A DNA stretch of 38,283 bases, taken from contig JAYUVP010000064.1 of the NCBI GenBank assembly GCA_043753995.1, positions 1 to 38,283 of the forward strand, written 5' to 3'. Shown piece by piece: positions 18,329-27,594 of this stretch. Source of the DNA: Fibrobacterota bacterium (lineage in GTDB: Bacteria; Fibrobacterota; Fibrobacteria; UBA11236). Below the pieces are notes generated by a model. The model was given only the letters and a program-made list of their open reading frames with translations. It was not told where the DNA came from and ran no database searches. The position numbers were made by a program, and so were the translations under genes. How positions within the stretch are numbered: position 1 is the stretch's first letter; each line of letters starts with the position of its first letter.

Positions 18329-19342
18329 ATGATGAATCCTGTGAATAAGTTACCGATGGCCTTGGCCATGTTGGGTCTGGGTACCGCCACTTCCTTCGCT
18401 GAAATCAAGATTAACGACAATTTGTCGACATCTGGATTTGTCGACATGTCGGTTTCGGGTGCCAAAGCCAAGAATGTAGATGCCACCTTGAACGGTTCCT
18501 TGGATCAGTACGAATTGGACTTCATGTACAAATTCGGCTATTTCTCGGCTCGCGCTGATGTCAATGGTGGGCCTGCTACTGGCGGAAGCAGCATTTCCTT
18601 AGAACAAGCCTTCATTACCGCCACTCTTACCAATTCCTTGAGCCTCGGTTTAGGTAAATTCCTAAGCTGCACCGGCTTCGAAGCTGCCGAGCCCACAGGC
18701 ATGTATCAATACTCGTATTCGAAGAATATGGACAAGACCAGCCCCACTGGAATGATTTATGGTGGATACTCGAACGGTGTGAACATCAATTTCTCGACCC
18801 CGACTTTTGGTATTTATGCTGCGGCATTGACTGACGTATGGAGTGGCGCAGAAACCGAATACATGAAAACCCCTGGCGGGGAATTCCAGGTTTCATTGAT
18901 GCCCGTCGAAGGTGTGACTGCGAAAGCCGCTTTCGCCTACCAGGTGTATGATGCCGACGCTGATACCGTGAATAAGGATGAGGGACAAGGTCTCGCCAAT
19001 GTCTGGGCTCAGTATGCGAAGGGACCGATTACGGTTGCGGCCGAGTTCAACTATTTAATGGGTTGGGCAAGCAAGAACCCCGCTCAAAAAAATGATGCGA
19101 CCGGTATGGGCTGGTTGGGGATGGCTAATTACAAGTTCACTGATAAGTTTGCCGCTACCGTGCGATATAGTGCTACCACCCTGGACGATGAGGACAATTC
19201 AACTGAAGACATGGGTAGCGAAGTCACTCTCAGCCCTAGCCTTGCCATCAGCCCCAATTGGTTGGTTTTGGCCGAGGTAAAGCAAGAATTCGGTAATGTG
19301 GAACAAACCGCCTATGGCATTGAAAGCACCTTCATTTTCTAA
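18329..19342 (+). CDS. Outer-membrane beta-barrel protein / putative porin
   Basis: Signal peptide ending SFA; SGFVD first strand; LEQAF and GKFLSCTGFE motifs resembling DUF1597/BBP2-type barrels; amphipathic strands; terminal Phe; GAGGAG SD. Confidence 0.85.
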   Translation: MMNPVNKLPMALAMLGLGTATSFAEIKINDNLSTSGFVDMSVSGAKAKNVDATLNGSLDQYELDFMYKFGYFSARADVNGGPATGGSSISLEQAFITATLTNSLSLGLGKFLSCTGFEAAEPTGMYQYSYSKNMDKTSPTGMIYGGYSNGVNINFSTPTFGIYAAALTDVWSGAETEYMKTPGGEFQVSLMPVEGVTAKAAFAYQVYDADADTVNKDEGQGLANVWAQYAKGPITVAAEFNYLMGWASKNPAQKNDATGMGWLGMANYKFTDKFAATVRYSATTLDDEDNSTEDMGSEVTLSPSLAISPNWLVLAEVKQEFGNVEQTAYGIESTFIF

Positions 19343-19436
19343 TCTCCAAGCTTAAGGCTAACTAGAATAATGAATCTCGAAATCCGGTAGGCCTTTCCTT
19401 CCGGACTCTAAAATGAATACTTTAACGAAAACCTGA

Positions 19437-19790
<354 letters not shown>

Positions 19791-19923
19791 GTTGAGGACC
19801 TAGGAAAACCGGCTATCCGGGTTTCGCCTTACTCCACATTGGTCGCAAAAAGCCTAGGCCCATGGTCTGGGCTTTTTGTTTGGGCTAGCTTTGACCGTTG
19901 TGAACACAAAAGCCTCCGCTTCC

Positions 19924-22578
19924 ATGGCGCCTTCCGATTTGCCAGCCACTTGGCATGCCATGAGTTCGGAGGCCTGCCAGACCCAATTGTCCAGTCTGGA
20001 CAAACAGGGCTTGGCCGAGGCAGATGCTGCGAATCGTTTACAACAATACGGTCCGAATTCTTTAAGACAAACCCAGGCTCCAGCCTTTTGGCAGCTTTTG
20101 CTGAGCCAATTCAAAAGCCCTTTGGTTTTACTTCTCTTGGCCGCTGGAGTGACCGCTTTTTTATTGGGCGAAAGTTTGGATGCCGGCGTCATTCTCTTCA
20201 TTGTTCTACTCAATGCAGTGATTGGATCGGTTCAAGAATTCAATGCCGAGCGATCCATTGAGGCCTTGAAGGCCATGACATCGCCGAGAGCCCGAGTGCG
20301 CCGCGGGGGTGCTATCCGCATGATACCTGCGGCTGACTTGGTGCCGGGTGACTGGATAGAATTGGAATCCGGCGACTTGGTACCCGCCGATGCGCGCCTC
20401 CTAGAAACCGCCTCCTTACGTTGCGTAGAGGCTGCGTTGACTGGCGAGCCCGAAGGGGTTTCCAAGGACGCGAAAGTCACCTTGGAAACGTCAATCTCCC
20501 TGCCCGATCGCAAAAACATGATTTTTCAAGGCACCGTGGTTGCCGACGGCTGGGCCGCAGCCTTGGTGGTCGCTACCGGCATGCAAACCGAATTAGGCCG
20601 CATCGCCAAACTGCTGGATGGGGCAGAAGATAGCGGCGGGACGCCTTTGCAAAAACGCATCGCCGCTTTTGGTAAAACCATGACCTGGGCCTGTTTGGCC
20701 TTGGTGATTTTCATGGCGGCTCTCGGCTATTGGCGTGACATGCCACCCATGGCGATTTTTTTGACGGCCGTAAGCCTTGCTGTGGCGGCGGTTCCCGAAG
20801 GCTTGCCTGCCGTGGTCACCATAGCCATGTCCCTCGGTGTTCGGCGCATGGCCCGTCGCAATGCCCTGATTCGCCGTTTGCCTGCCGTGGAAACTCTGGG
20901 TTCGGCCTCGGTGATTTGCACCGATAAAACCGGAACCTTGACTCAGGGCATCATGGCCACCCAAATCTATAGCTTTGGCCAGGAGCGTATTGAGCTGCCT
21001 CCTTCAGCTGAAGGGAATCGCCCACGTGCTTTGCGACTCGCGGAAATGCATGCCCTTTGCAATAATGCCGCTTTGAATTCTCAAGGCGATACGGGGGACC
21101 CCACCGAGGTCGCCTTACTGCGTTCTGCCGTCGAATTGGGCGTCAAGCGCGAAAGCTTGGGCTGGCAAAAAAAGCAAGCCTTTCCCTTCGACAGCGTTCG
21201 TAAAAGACAAAGTGCTTGGTTTCAAAACAACGAAGGTTTCTCGCGCCTCATTGTTCACGGGGCTCCCGAATCCCTGATTGCTTTATGCACTCAAGCCGAT
21301 GGCGCCGAAGGATTACGCGCCTTGGACGAAGCTTCGCGTCAGGAATTATTGACTGAGAATACGGCCTTGGCGGGTTTGGGCCTACGTGTCTTGGCTACGG
21401 CTTATCGGGAAATGCCAAAAGGCAGCGCGCCAGGCAGAACGTCCCAGGAATCCGAAAGCGAACTTGTTTTCGCCGGGTTTGCCGGTTTACGCGATCCGCT
21501 TCGACCCGAGGCTGGTGAAGCGGTGGCAGCCTGTCATGGAGCGGGCTTGCAAGTGGTGCTCATCACCGGAGATCAAGCCCCCACCGCCCGCAATATTGCC
21601 TCGCAATTGGGGCTGCTTGGCGAAGGCAAGGAATTGCTCACGGGCACGGAGCTCGATGCCATCGAGGATGCGGTTCTCGTAAATAGAATACGGAATGTCA
21701 CAGTTTATGCGCGAGTCACGCCGGAGCATAAGCTGCGAATCGTTCGCGCTTGGCGCGCCACGGGAGCCGTCACGGCCATGACCGGGGACGGAGTGAATGA
21801 CGCTCCCGCCCTGAAAGGCGCGGATATCGGCATAGCCATGGGACAATCCGGCACCGAGGTCGCCAAGCAAGCCTCCGACATGGTTTTGGCCGACGATCGT
21901 TTTGCCACCGTCGTCGCGGCCATTGAAGAAGGCCGCACGGTATACGCTAATATTCGCAATACCTTGCAATATCTCTTGGCCGGAAATACCGGAGAATTGC
22001 TTTTGATGGTGACCGCCCTTGCCATGGGCATGCCCATCCCTTTATTGCCGGTCCACTTGCTGTGGATCAATTTGTTGACGGATGGCTTTCCCGCTCTTGC
22101 CCTAGCCGCGGAGAAGGGCGAAAAGAATTTGATGCGATTCCCGCCGCGCCGCCAAAATGAAAGTCTGACTGGGCGAGGGTTTTTGCTGCAAATGGGATTG
22201 ACGGGTTTGTTGACGGGCGGATGTGCCCTCCTGGTTTTCGCCTGGGCCTTGCCAAGGCGTGGCCTCGATGAAGCTCGCTCCCTGGCCTTTGCCGTTTTGG
22301 TTATAGAAGAAGCGTTAAGAGCCTTGGGCGCTCGATCCGCAATCACCCCCTTGTGGCGTCTCGCTTGGCGTGGCCGTTGGCTTTTGCCTGCTACCGTGCT
22401 CGGGCTCATCGTCTTGCAAATCGCCGTTCACGACCTGCCCTGGTTTCATGTCTTATTAAAAACGACGCCCCTGCCCTGGAGTGAATGGGCGATGGTCTTC
22501 GCCTTGGGATGCGTGCCGCTGGCCGTGCTAGAGGCTCTGAAGGTGCTGAACGGCTTCAGGCGTGGGAAAATCGGTTAA
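19924..22578 (+). CDS. Cation-transporting P-type ATPase (P2A/Ca2+-like)
   Basis: VPADARL, LTGE, VPEGLP, DKTGT, TGD, GDGVNDAPAL, LLWINLLTDGFPALAL. Start uncertain (TTG 19876 or ATG 19924). Confidence 0.94.
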   Translation: MAPSDLPATWHAMSSEACQTQLSSLDKQGLAEADAANRLQQYGPNSLRQTQAPAFWQLLLSQFKSPLVLLLLAAGVTAFLLGESLDAGVILFIVLLNAVIGSVQEFNAERSIEALKAMTSPRARVRRGGAIRMIPAADLVPGDWIELESGDLVPADARLLETASLRCVEAALTGEPEGVSKDAKVTLETSISLPDRKNMIFQGTVVADGWAAALVVATGMQTELGRIAKLLDGAEDSGGTPLQKRIAAFGKTMTWACLALVIFMAALGYWRDMPPMAIFLTAVSLAVAAVPEGLPAVVTIAMSLGVRRMARRNALIRRLPAVETLGSASVICTDKTGTLTQGIMATQIYSFGQERIELPPSAEGNRPRALRLAEMHALCNNAALNSQGDTGDPTEVALLRSAVELGVKRESLGWQKKQAFPFDSVRKRQSAWFQNNEGFSRLIVHGAPESLIALCTQADGAEGLRALDEASRQELLTENTALAGLGLRVLATAYREMPKGSAPGRTSQESESELVFAGFAGLRDPLRPEAGEAVAACHGAGLQVVLITGDQAPTARNIASQLGLLGEGKELLTGTELDAIEDAVLVNRIRNVTVYARVTPEHKLRIVRAWRATGAVTAMTGDGVNDAPALKGADIGIAMGQSGTEVAKQASDMVLADDRFATVVAAIEEGRTVYANIRNTLQYLLAGNTGELLLMVTALAMGMPIPLLPVHLLWINLLTDGFPALALAAEKGEKNLMRFPPRRQNESLTGRGFLLQMGLTGLLTGGCALLVFAWALPRRGLDEARSLAFAVLVIEEALRALGARSAITPLWRLAWRGRWLLPATVLGLIVLQIAVHDLPWFHVLLKTTPLPWSEWAMVFALGCVPLAVLEALKVLNGFRRGKIG

Positions 22579-23120
22579 GCACCTTGCTTATAAGTAAGGG
22601 CGAGGCTTTCCCTAGCCTTGGTCAAAAAGGCGAAATAATCGCCTGAGCGATAACTGGGGTAGGTCCAGGGAAAAGGTTGCCATGCCTTTTCCTGGTAATA
22701 CAAGGTTGGCTCCACATAAATGCCGTCCCCGATATAGACGCGCTGCTTTTGATCCTTGGTGGTGGCCAGGAAAAATTGCCCAAGCGTAAGGCATCCTGGA
22801 TCGAGATTAAAAGTTCGCAGGAGCTTTCCATCTTCGCCTGTCACGGCACTTTCATCTTCAATGGCATTGGTGCGAATTTTTATGGGGCCGATTTCATGGC
22901 GATCGATGAGTCGGCTAAATCCCAAAAATGCACGCCAAGGTTTGGGGCCTAGTTCCTTGGCATAATAGTCCGTGTCCGTGAATGGGTTGGGTAGCCCAAT
23001 GTCTTCCACCGGCCCGAATTCGGGTTCAAGCCGCTCGCGCAGCCAATCCAATTGACTGGGCTGCTGCAAAAGCAGGCCTATGACCAATTTGGCCTTTGGG
23101 GGAAATTTGCGTCTGCCCAT
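22575..23120 (-). CDS. DUF4416-like protein
   Basis: FTDTDYYAKELG, KIRTNAIE, NLDPG, LATTK, PFPWTYPSY pattern. Confidence 0.8.
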   Translation of the reverse strand: MGRRKFPPKAKLVIGLLLQQPSQLDWLRERLEPEFGPVEDIGLPNPFTDTDYYAKELGPKPWRAFLGFSRLIDRHEIGPIKIRTNAIEDESAVTGEDGKLLRTFNLDPGCLTLGQFFLATTKDQKQRVYIGDGIYVEPTLYYQEKAWQPFPWTYPSYRSGDYFAFLTKARESLALTYKQGA

Positions 23121-23170
23121 GGGGAAATAGAATATTGTAAATTAGCCCTCTCTTCCCTAGCTGGCAGGCC

Positions 23171-23515
23171 ATGGTTCGACAGGTCTTTTCATGCCGCGCT
23201 TATCTCAAACGCGGGCATTACGTGGTCGAAGTGACGGGCGACGTCACTTTTGAAACCATTGAATCCTTGCGGCAGGAATTCGCCAACTTACGCATGCAGG
23301 CCCCAAACCAGGTGGTTTTGGATTTTCTCGGAGTCACCATGCTTTCTAGCGTGGGTCTCGGCGAGCTTTCCCGCCTTATCAAATGGGGACTGGAAAATCA
23401 ATGCGGCCTGAAAGTGGTTTGTGAAACGGGGCATGTGCTCGAAGTGTTGGAAATCGCCGGCATTACCGACATGATTGCCTTATTTCCGAATTTAGACATG
23501 GCGCTCAACGGCTAA
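23171..23515 (+). CDS. STAS-domain protein (anti-sigma factor antagonist-like)
   Basis: 114 aa; VVLDFLGVTMLSSVGLGEL with the conserved Ser; VLEIAGI. Confidence 0.85.
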   Translation: MVRQVFSCRAYLKRGHYVVEVTGDVTFETIESLRQEFANLRMQAPNQVVLDFLGVTMLSSVGLGELSRLIKWGLENQCGLKVVCETGHVLEVLEIAGITDMIALFPNLDMALNG

Positions 23516-23545
23516 TCAGCCGACATTCCGAACTCTTTACGGGCG

Positions 23546-24712
23546 ATGACACCATTGCCGGAGGCGACCTCTTTGACTGCGACATCGACGAATAACCCCA
23601 TCGCATTGCAAGCGGCCTTGGCCATCGAGGCCAAGCGTGCCGCCATTCAAGCCCAGTGTTTCACCATCGGCTTCGACGGCTTTGTCGATGAAATCATTCA
23701 TGCTGTCAGCACCCGTCAAAGCAAGGATGAGTTCACGCGCATTGCCACGCTCACCGAATTCTCCCAGCGCATCGCTTCGGCGGCGGGTAAATCGGCCAAT
23801 ATTGAATTGGTACCCCTACTTGAGAAAATGGGTGGCAATGGTCCCCTGATGGCTTCGGCCGTGGCGGGCATGGGGGCGCAAGTGACCTGCGTCGGCATGT
23901 TGGGCTATCCCGATTTGCTCCCGGTTTTCAAGCCCATGCAGCAATTCGCCAAGGTGATATCGGTGGGCCAACCCGGCCACACCGATGCCTTGGAATTTCA
24001 AGACGGCAAATTGATGCTAGGCAAGCTCAATACCATCAAGGACATGAACTGGAAGCGGCTCATGGACGTGATAGGCGAAAAGCCCTTCTTGGATTTGCTC
24101 TTGGGATCGAATTTGGTGGCTTGCACCAATTGGACCATGCTCACCGAGATGGAAGAAATTTTCAGTCAATTGATTCGCATTATTCCTAAAAATTCCCCGG
24201 TGACTTTTTTCTTCGATTTGGCCGATCCCGAAAAGCGCGATCGCAAGGACATGGAAAAAGTGCTGGAGCAAATTCGCGCTCTCAATGATTGTGGCCGCAG
24301 CGTTTTCGGCTTGAATTTACGCGAGGCGGAACAGGTGAGCGAGGTTCTCGGCCTCAAGGAAATGCCCAACGAAACCGAAGCTGGCGTCGAAGGCGCGGCC
24401 GTGCGGATTCGCAAGGCCATGGGCATACATGGCGTAGTGGTGCATGCCATCAAATGCGCCGGAGCCAGTATTGGCGCGGAAAGCGCGGGCATTCCCGGTC
24501 CTTATTGCGCCAGTCCGAAGTTGTCGACCGGAGCTGGCGACCATTTCAATGGTGGCTTTACCTCAGGTCTCATGGGTGGATTGTCGGTGCGCGACGCCCT
24601 TTATAGCGGCGTCGGTGCCAGCGGCTGGTATGTTCGCAATGCTCAGAGCCCCAAGCTCGATGACGTGACCGGACTCTTGCGCCAATGGGCCGAAGGCCGT
24701 ATTAAGGACTGA
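23546..24712 (+). CDS. PfkB/ribokinase-superfamily kinase, substrate unknown
   Basis: GFDGFVD, GGNGPLMA, NLREA, STGAGDHFNGGF anion-hole motif. Confidence 0.82.
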   Translation: MTPLPEATSLTATSTNNPIALQAALAIEAKRAAIQAQCFTIGFDGFVDEIIHAVSTRQSKDEFTRIATLTEFSQRIASAAGKSANIELVPLLEKMGGNGPLMASAVAGMGAQVTCVGMLGYPDLLPVFKPMQQFAKVISVGQPGHTDALEFQDGKLMLGKLNTIKDMNWKRLMDVIGEKPFLDLLLGSNLVACTNWTMLTEMEEIFSQLIRIIPKNSPVTFFFDLADPEKRDRKDMEKVLEQIRALNDCGRSVFGLNLREAEQVSEVLGLKEMPNETEAGVEGAAVRIRKAMGIHGVVVHAIKCAGASIGAESAGIPGPYCASPKLSTGAGDHFNGGFTSGLMGGLSVRDALYSGVGASGWYVRNAQSPKLDDVTGLLRQWAEGRIKD

Positions 24713-25718
24713 GGGAAATGTTTTCGCCGCCTTCGCGAAGGCGGCGTGAAACTTCCTCGCGCAGGGTAGGCGGATCCAGGGGGATGGCATCCGGCACCAA
24801 GGACATCACCCAGTTAATGAAATCCGGGTGCAAAAGCACTCTCATTTTGAAAAGAAACTTTCCGTCTTGCTGCACTATGCGGGCGGGGGGATCAAAACGT
24901 CCCGCCTCCAAATGACCTTTCAGCCACGGCGCTCGCAACCATAAGGTCACATTTTCCGGTTGCTGCTGATCTTGCCGAGACCATTGGCCAAAACAAAAGC
25001 GATACAGGGCGCCAGGGTCAAAGGCTGGCGGTGCGAAGCTCTCTCCTGACGAGAGGCAGCGACGTATGCGCACCAAGCGTAAAAGGCGAACCGGTCCCTG
25101 CTCCTGGCCTTGCCCTTGGCGTCCCGCCAAATAAAGCACGCCGATGCGCAAGCAAATGCGATAGGGATGAAAAACAAAGCTGGTTTGCCTACCGTCGGGA
25201 TTGGTGTATTCAATGCGCACGCTGCGGCGCGTGGCAATGGCACGCTCCAATCTTTCCAGCAAGGCCTTGTCGGGGTCGGCGTCGGAAAGCGGTCCGTGAT
25301 CGATGTGATAAATCGCTTCGAAGTCGAGCCCCTCGCCTTCGGGCTTTCTCTCGAAATGCGCCATGGCTTGTTCGAGCACGCGGGCATGCTTGAGATTGCC
25401 GCCCTTGCGCAATTCTTCGCGGGCTTTTTGCAGGGCTTTGAGTAGGGCGGGGGCGGCGCTGTCCTCTTGGGGCAGGGCATAGCGCAGGGTTCGCCCGGCG
25501 CCGGCTTTATGCCTTAAAAGCGGGCGACCCAGGTTTTCCCATTCGGCGAGATAACGCTTGGCAGTGCGCCGGTCGATGCCGAGAGAAGCCGCAATATGTT
25601 TTAGCTCCACGCCTTCCGAGCCTTGGCCGAGCAATCGCTCCAGCCGTAACATGCGGGCGACCTTATTATCGGGCGCCGAGCGAGGTACAGCCACTTGGGC
25701 AGCGGAAGGGCGGGCCAT
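24702..25718 (-). CDS. HTH-WYL-WCX (YafY/PafBC-like) transcriptional regulator
   Basis: HTH IAASLGIDRRTAKRYL; WYL domain LERAIATRRSVRIEY...HPYRI...LYLAG...LRLVRI; C-terminal WVMSL...DPPTLREEV. Confidence 0.88.
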   Translation of the reverse strand: MARPSAAQVAVPRSAPDNKVARMLRLERLLGQGSEGVELKHIAASLGIDRRTAKRYLAEWENLGRPLLRHKAGAGRTLRYALPQEDSAAPALLKALQKAREELRKGGNLKHARVLEQAMAHFERKPEGEGLDFEAIYHIDHGPLSDADPDKALLERLERAIATRRSVRIEYTNPDGRQTSFVFHPYRICLRIGVLYLAGRQGQGQEQGPVRLLRLVRIRRCLSSGESFAPPAFDPGALYRFCFGQWSRQDQQQPENVTLWLRAPWLKGHLEAGRFDPPARIVQQDGKFLFKMRVLLHPDFINWVMSLVPDAIPLDPPTLREEVSRRLREGGENISLSP

Positions 25719-25738
25719 GGGATGCGGCGCTTAGGAGA

Positions 25739-27289
25739 TTAGCCAGCTCCCTCGGGCGTTTCGACCTCGGCGATGGCGGGCTCAGGCGGCTTGGGCGCTG
25801 GAGCGGCCTCTTCCGGAAAGCCTTGGGCGATGGCCGCGACGGCAAAGCGCAAACGGCGAATCACGACCTCTTTGCCCAGGGCCACCATCAATTCAAAAAG
25901 ACCGGGGCCAAAGGGCACGCCGGAAATGGCCAAGCGCGTGGGGTGAATGATTTCGGCCGATTTGAAAGCACCGGCCTCGGAAAATTCGCGATACAGTTGT
26001 TCCAGGCTGGGAATATCGAAGCTGGGCAAGGCCGCGATATTAGAAGCGAGCTGCTCCAGGCGTGCAGCAGATAAGGAAGTGAAATGTTTTTGCCTTGCCT
26101 TGACTTCATACCCTTCCGGATCGCGGAAGAAATAAACCCCGAATTCCACGAAGTCGGGTAGGCGTTTGCTGCGATCTTTCAGCAGGCGAATCGCCTCGTG
26201 GACATAGCTTTCGCTGAATTGACTGAGATCGACTCCGGCCTTTTCCCAAAGGGGTTTGACCAAGGGGAGAAAGAAATTCACGTCGCGCACTAAAAAGTAT
26301 TGGCCATTGAGCCACTCGAGTTTTTTCTGATCGAAGACCGCGCTTTTAGGATGGACGCGTTCGAGGGTAAAGCGCTCCACCAAGGCGCTCATCTCCATGA
26401 ATTCGGTATCGTCGCCCGGCGCCCAGCCCAGCAGGGAAAGGAAATTCACCATGGTCTCGGGCAAATAACCGAGATCCCGATAATCGCCTACGGAGGCAGC
26501 GCCTTTGCGCTTGCTCAGCTTGCCGCCGCCCTCGGCGAGAATCACGGGCAAATGGCAATAAATCGGATGCTCCCAGCCGAAGGCTTGATACAGGAGCACA
26601 TGCTTGGGTGTGCTGGGAATCCACTCGTCACCGCGCAAAACATGGGTGATGCGCATGTCATGATCGTCCACGACATTGGCGAGGTGATAGGTGGGAAAGC
26701 TGTCGCTCTTGAGCAGAACTAAGTCTTCGAGAATGCGGTTCTGGTATTCGATGGGACCGCGAATGAAATCGTCGAAGCGGGTATTGCCGTGAAAGGGAAC
26801 TTTCAGGCGAATGGTAAAGGCTTCTCCGGCCTCGACGCGCTGCTTGGCCACGTCGGCAGGCAAATTACGGCAGCGGCGATCATAGGCGGTGGGAATGCCA
26901 TTGGTTTTTTGCTGCTCGCGCAATTCGTCCAGGCGGGCCGAGGTGCAAAAGCAATAATAGGCTTGGCCTTTGTCCACCAATTCGCGCGCGGCCTTTTGAT
27001 ACATAGGAAGACGTTGCGATTGATAGTACGGCGCATGCGGACCCTCGACCTCGGGGCCTTCATCCCATTGCAATCCCAGCCATTTGAGGTCGGCCAATAG
27101 GCCTTCAAGGGCCTTGGCATCATAGCGGCTTTGATCGGTGTCTTCGATGCGCAGCAAGAAATCGCCGCCCATATGACGCGCGAAAAGCCAATTGAAAATG
27201 GCGGTACGCGCTCCGCCGACATGCAAATAGCCCGTAGGGGAGGGAGCGAATCGAACGCGAACGCGAGGAGTTGGATTTGAGGCGTTCAT
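25739..27289 (-). CDS. gltX: Glutamate--tRNA ligase
   Basis: RFAPSPTGYLHVGG, LRIEDTD, THVLRGDEW, KLSKR; probable start ATG 27289. Confidence 0.97.
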   Translation of the reverse strand: MNASNPTPRVRVRFAPSPTGYLHVGGARTAIFNWLFARHMGGDFLLRIEDTDQSRYDAKALEGLLADLKWLGLQWDEGPEVEGPHAPYYQSQRLPMYQKAARELVDKGQAYYCFCTSARLDELREQQKTNGIPTAYDRRCRNLPADVAKQRVEAGEAFTIRLKVPFHGNTRFDDFIRGPIEYQNRILEDLVLLKSDSFPTYHLANVVDDHDMRITHVLRGDEWIPSTPKHVLLYQAFGWEHPIYCHLPVILAEGGGKLSKRKGAASVGDYRDLGYLPETMVNFLSLLGWAPGDDTEFMEMSALVERFTLERVHPKSAVFDQKKLEWLNGQYFLVRDVNFFLPLVKPLWEKAGVDLSQFSESYVHEAIRLLKDRSKRLPDFVEFGVYFFRDPEGYEVKARQKHFTSLSAARLEQLASNIAALPSFDIPSLEQLYREFSEAGAFKSAEIIHPTRLAISGVPFGPGLFELMVALGKEVVIRRLRFAVAAIAQGFPEEAAPAPKPPEPAIAEVETPEGAG

Positions 27290-27370
27290 GAAAGCCTGTC
27301 GAGACCCGCCACCACCGGACCCATTAAAGGAGTGAAGGACGGAAACCAAGGCATGCAGAATGCAATGAAG

Positions 27371-27463
27371 TGGCGGAGAGAGAGGGATTCGAACCCTCGG
27401 TAAGGTTTTGGACCCTACAACGGTTTAGCAAACCGTCGCCTTAGACCACTCGGCCATCTCTCC
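27371..27463 (-). tRNA. tRNA-Ser(GCT)
   Basis: GGAGAGA acceptor stem, anticodon arm ACGGT-TTGCTAA-ACCGT, long variable arm, GTTCGAATC, GCCA end; 93 nt. Confidence 0.97.
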
Positions 27464-27514
27464 GAAACAAGAACCCGCCCTTTTGGTGGCAAGGGCGTCC
27501 TTGAAGAGGGGGTA

Positions 27515-27543
27515 AAGCTATTAAAGCCGCGCGGCTTGGCCAA
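27515..27543 (-). promoter_or_regulatory. Putative sigma70 promoter for tRNA-Ser (and probably gltX)
   Basis: TTGGCC-17 nt-TAGCTT followed by TACCCCCTC. Confidence 0.45.
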
Positions 27544-27594
27544 GAGAATCGCCGAAAGACCTGGCGAACTTTTTCCCCAGTCGCTAGCTACTTT

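Noticed and set aside
19383..19405. Hairpin TCCGGTAGG...CCTTCCGGA between the porin and PII genes as a terminator
   Set aside because: Imperfect stem with no U-tract; at most an mRNA stabiliser.
19924..22578. P-type ATPase as the nickel supplier for urease
   Set aside because: Motifs are P2A-type (PEGL, WINLLTD), not heavy-metal P1B (CPC/SPC); adjacency alone is not evidence. TGEP instead of TGES keeps the catalytic Glu.
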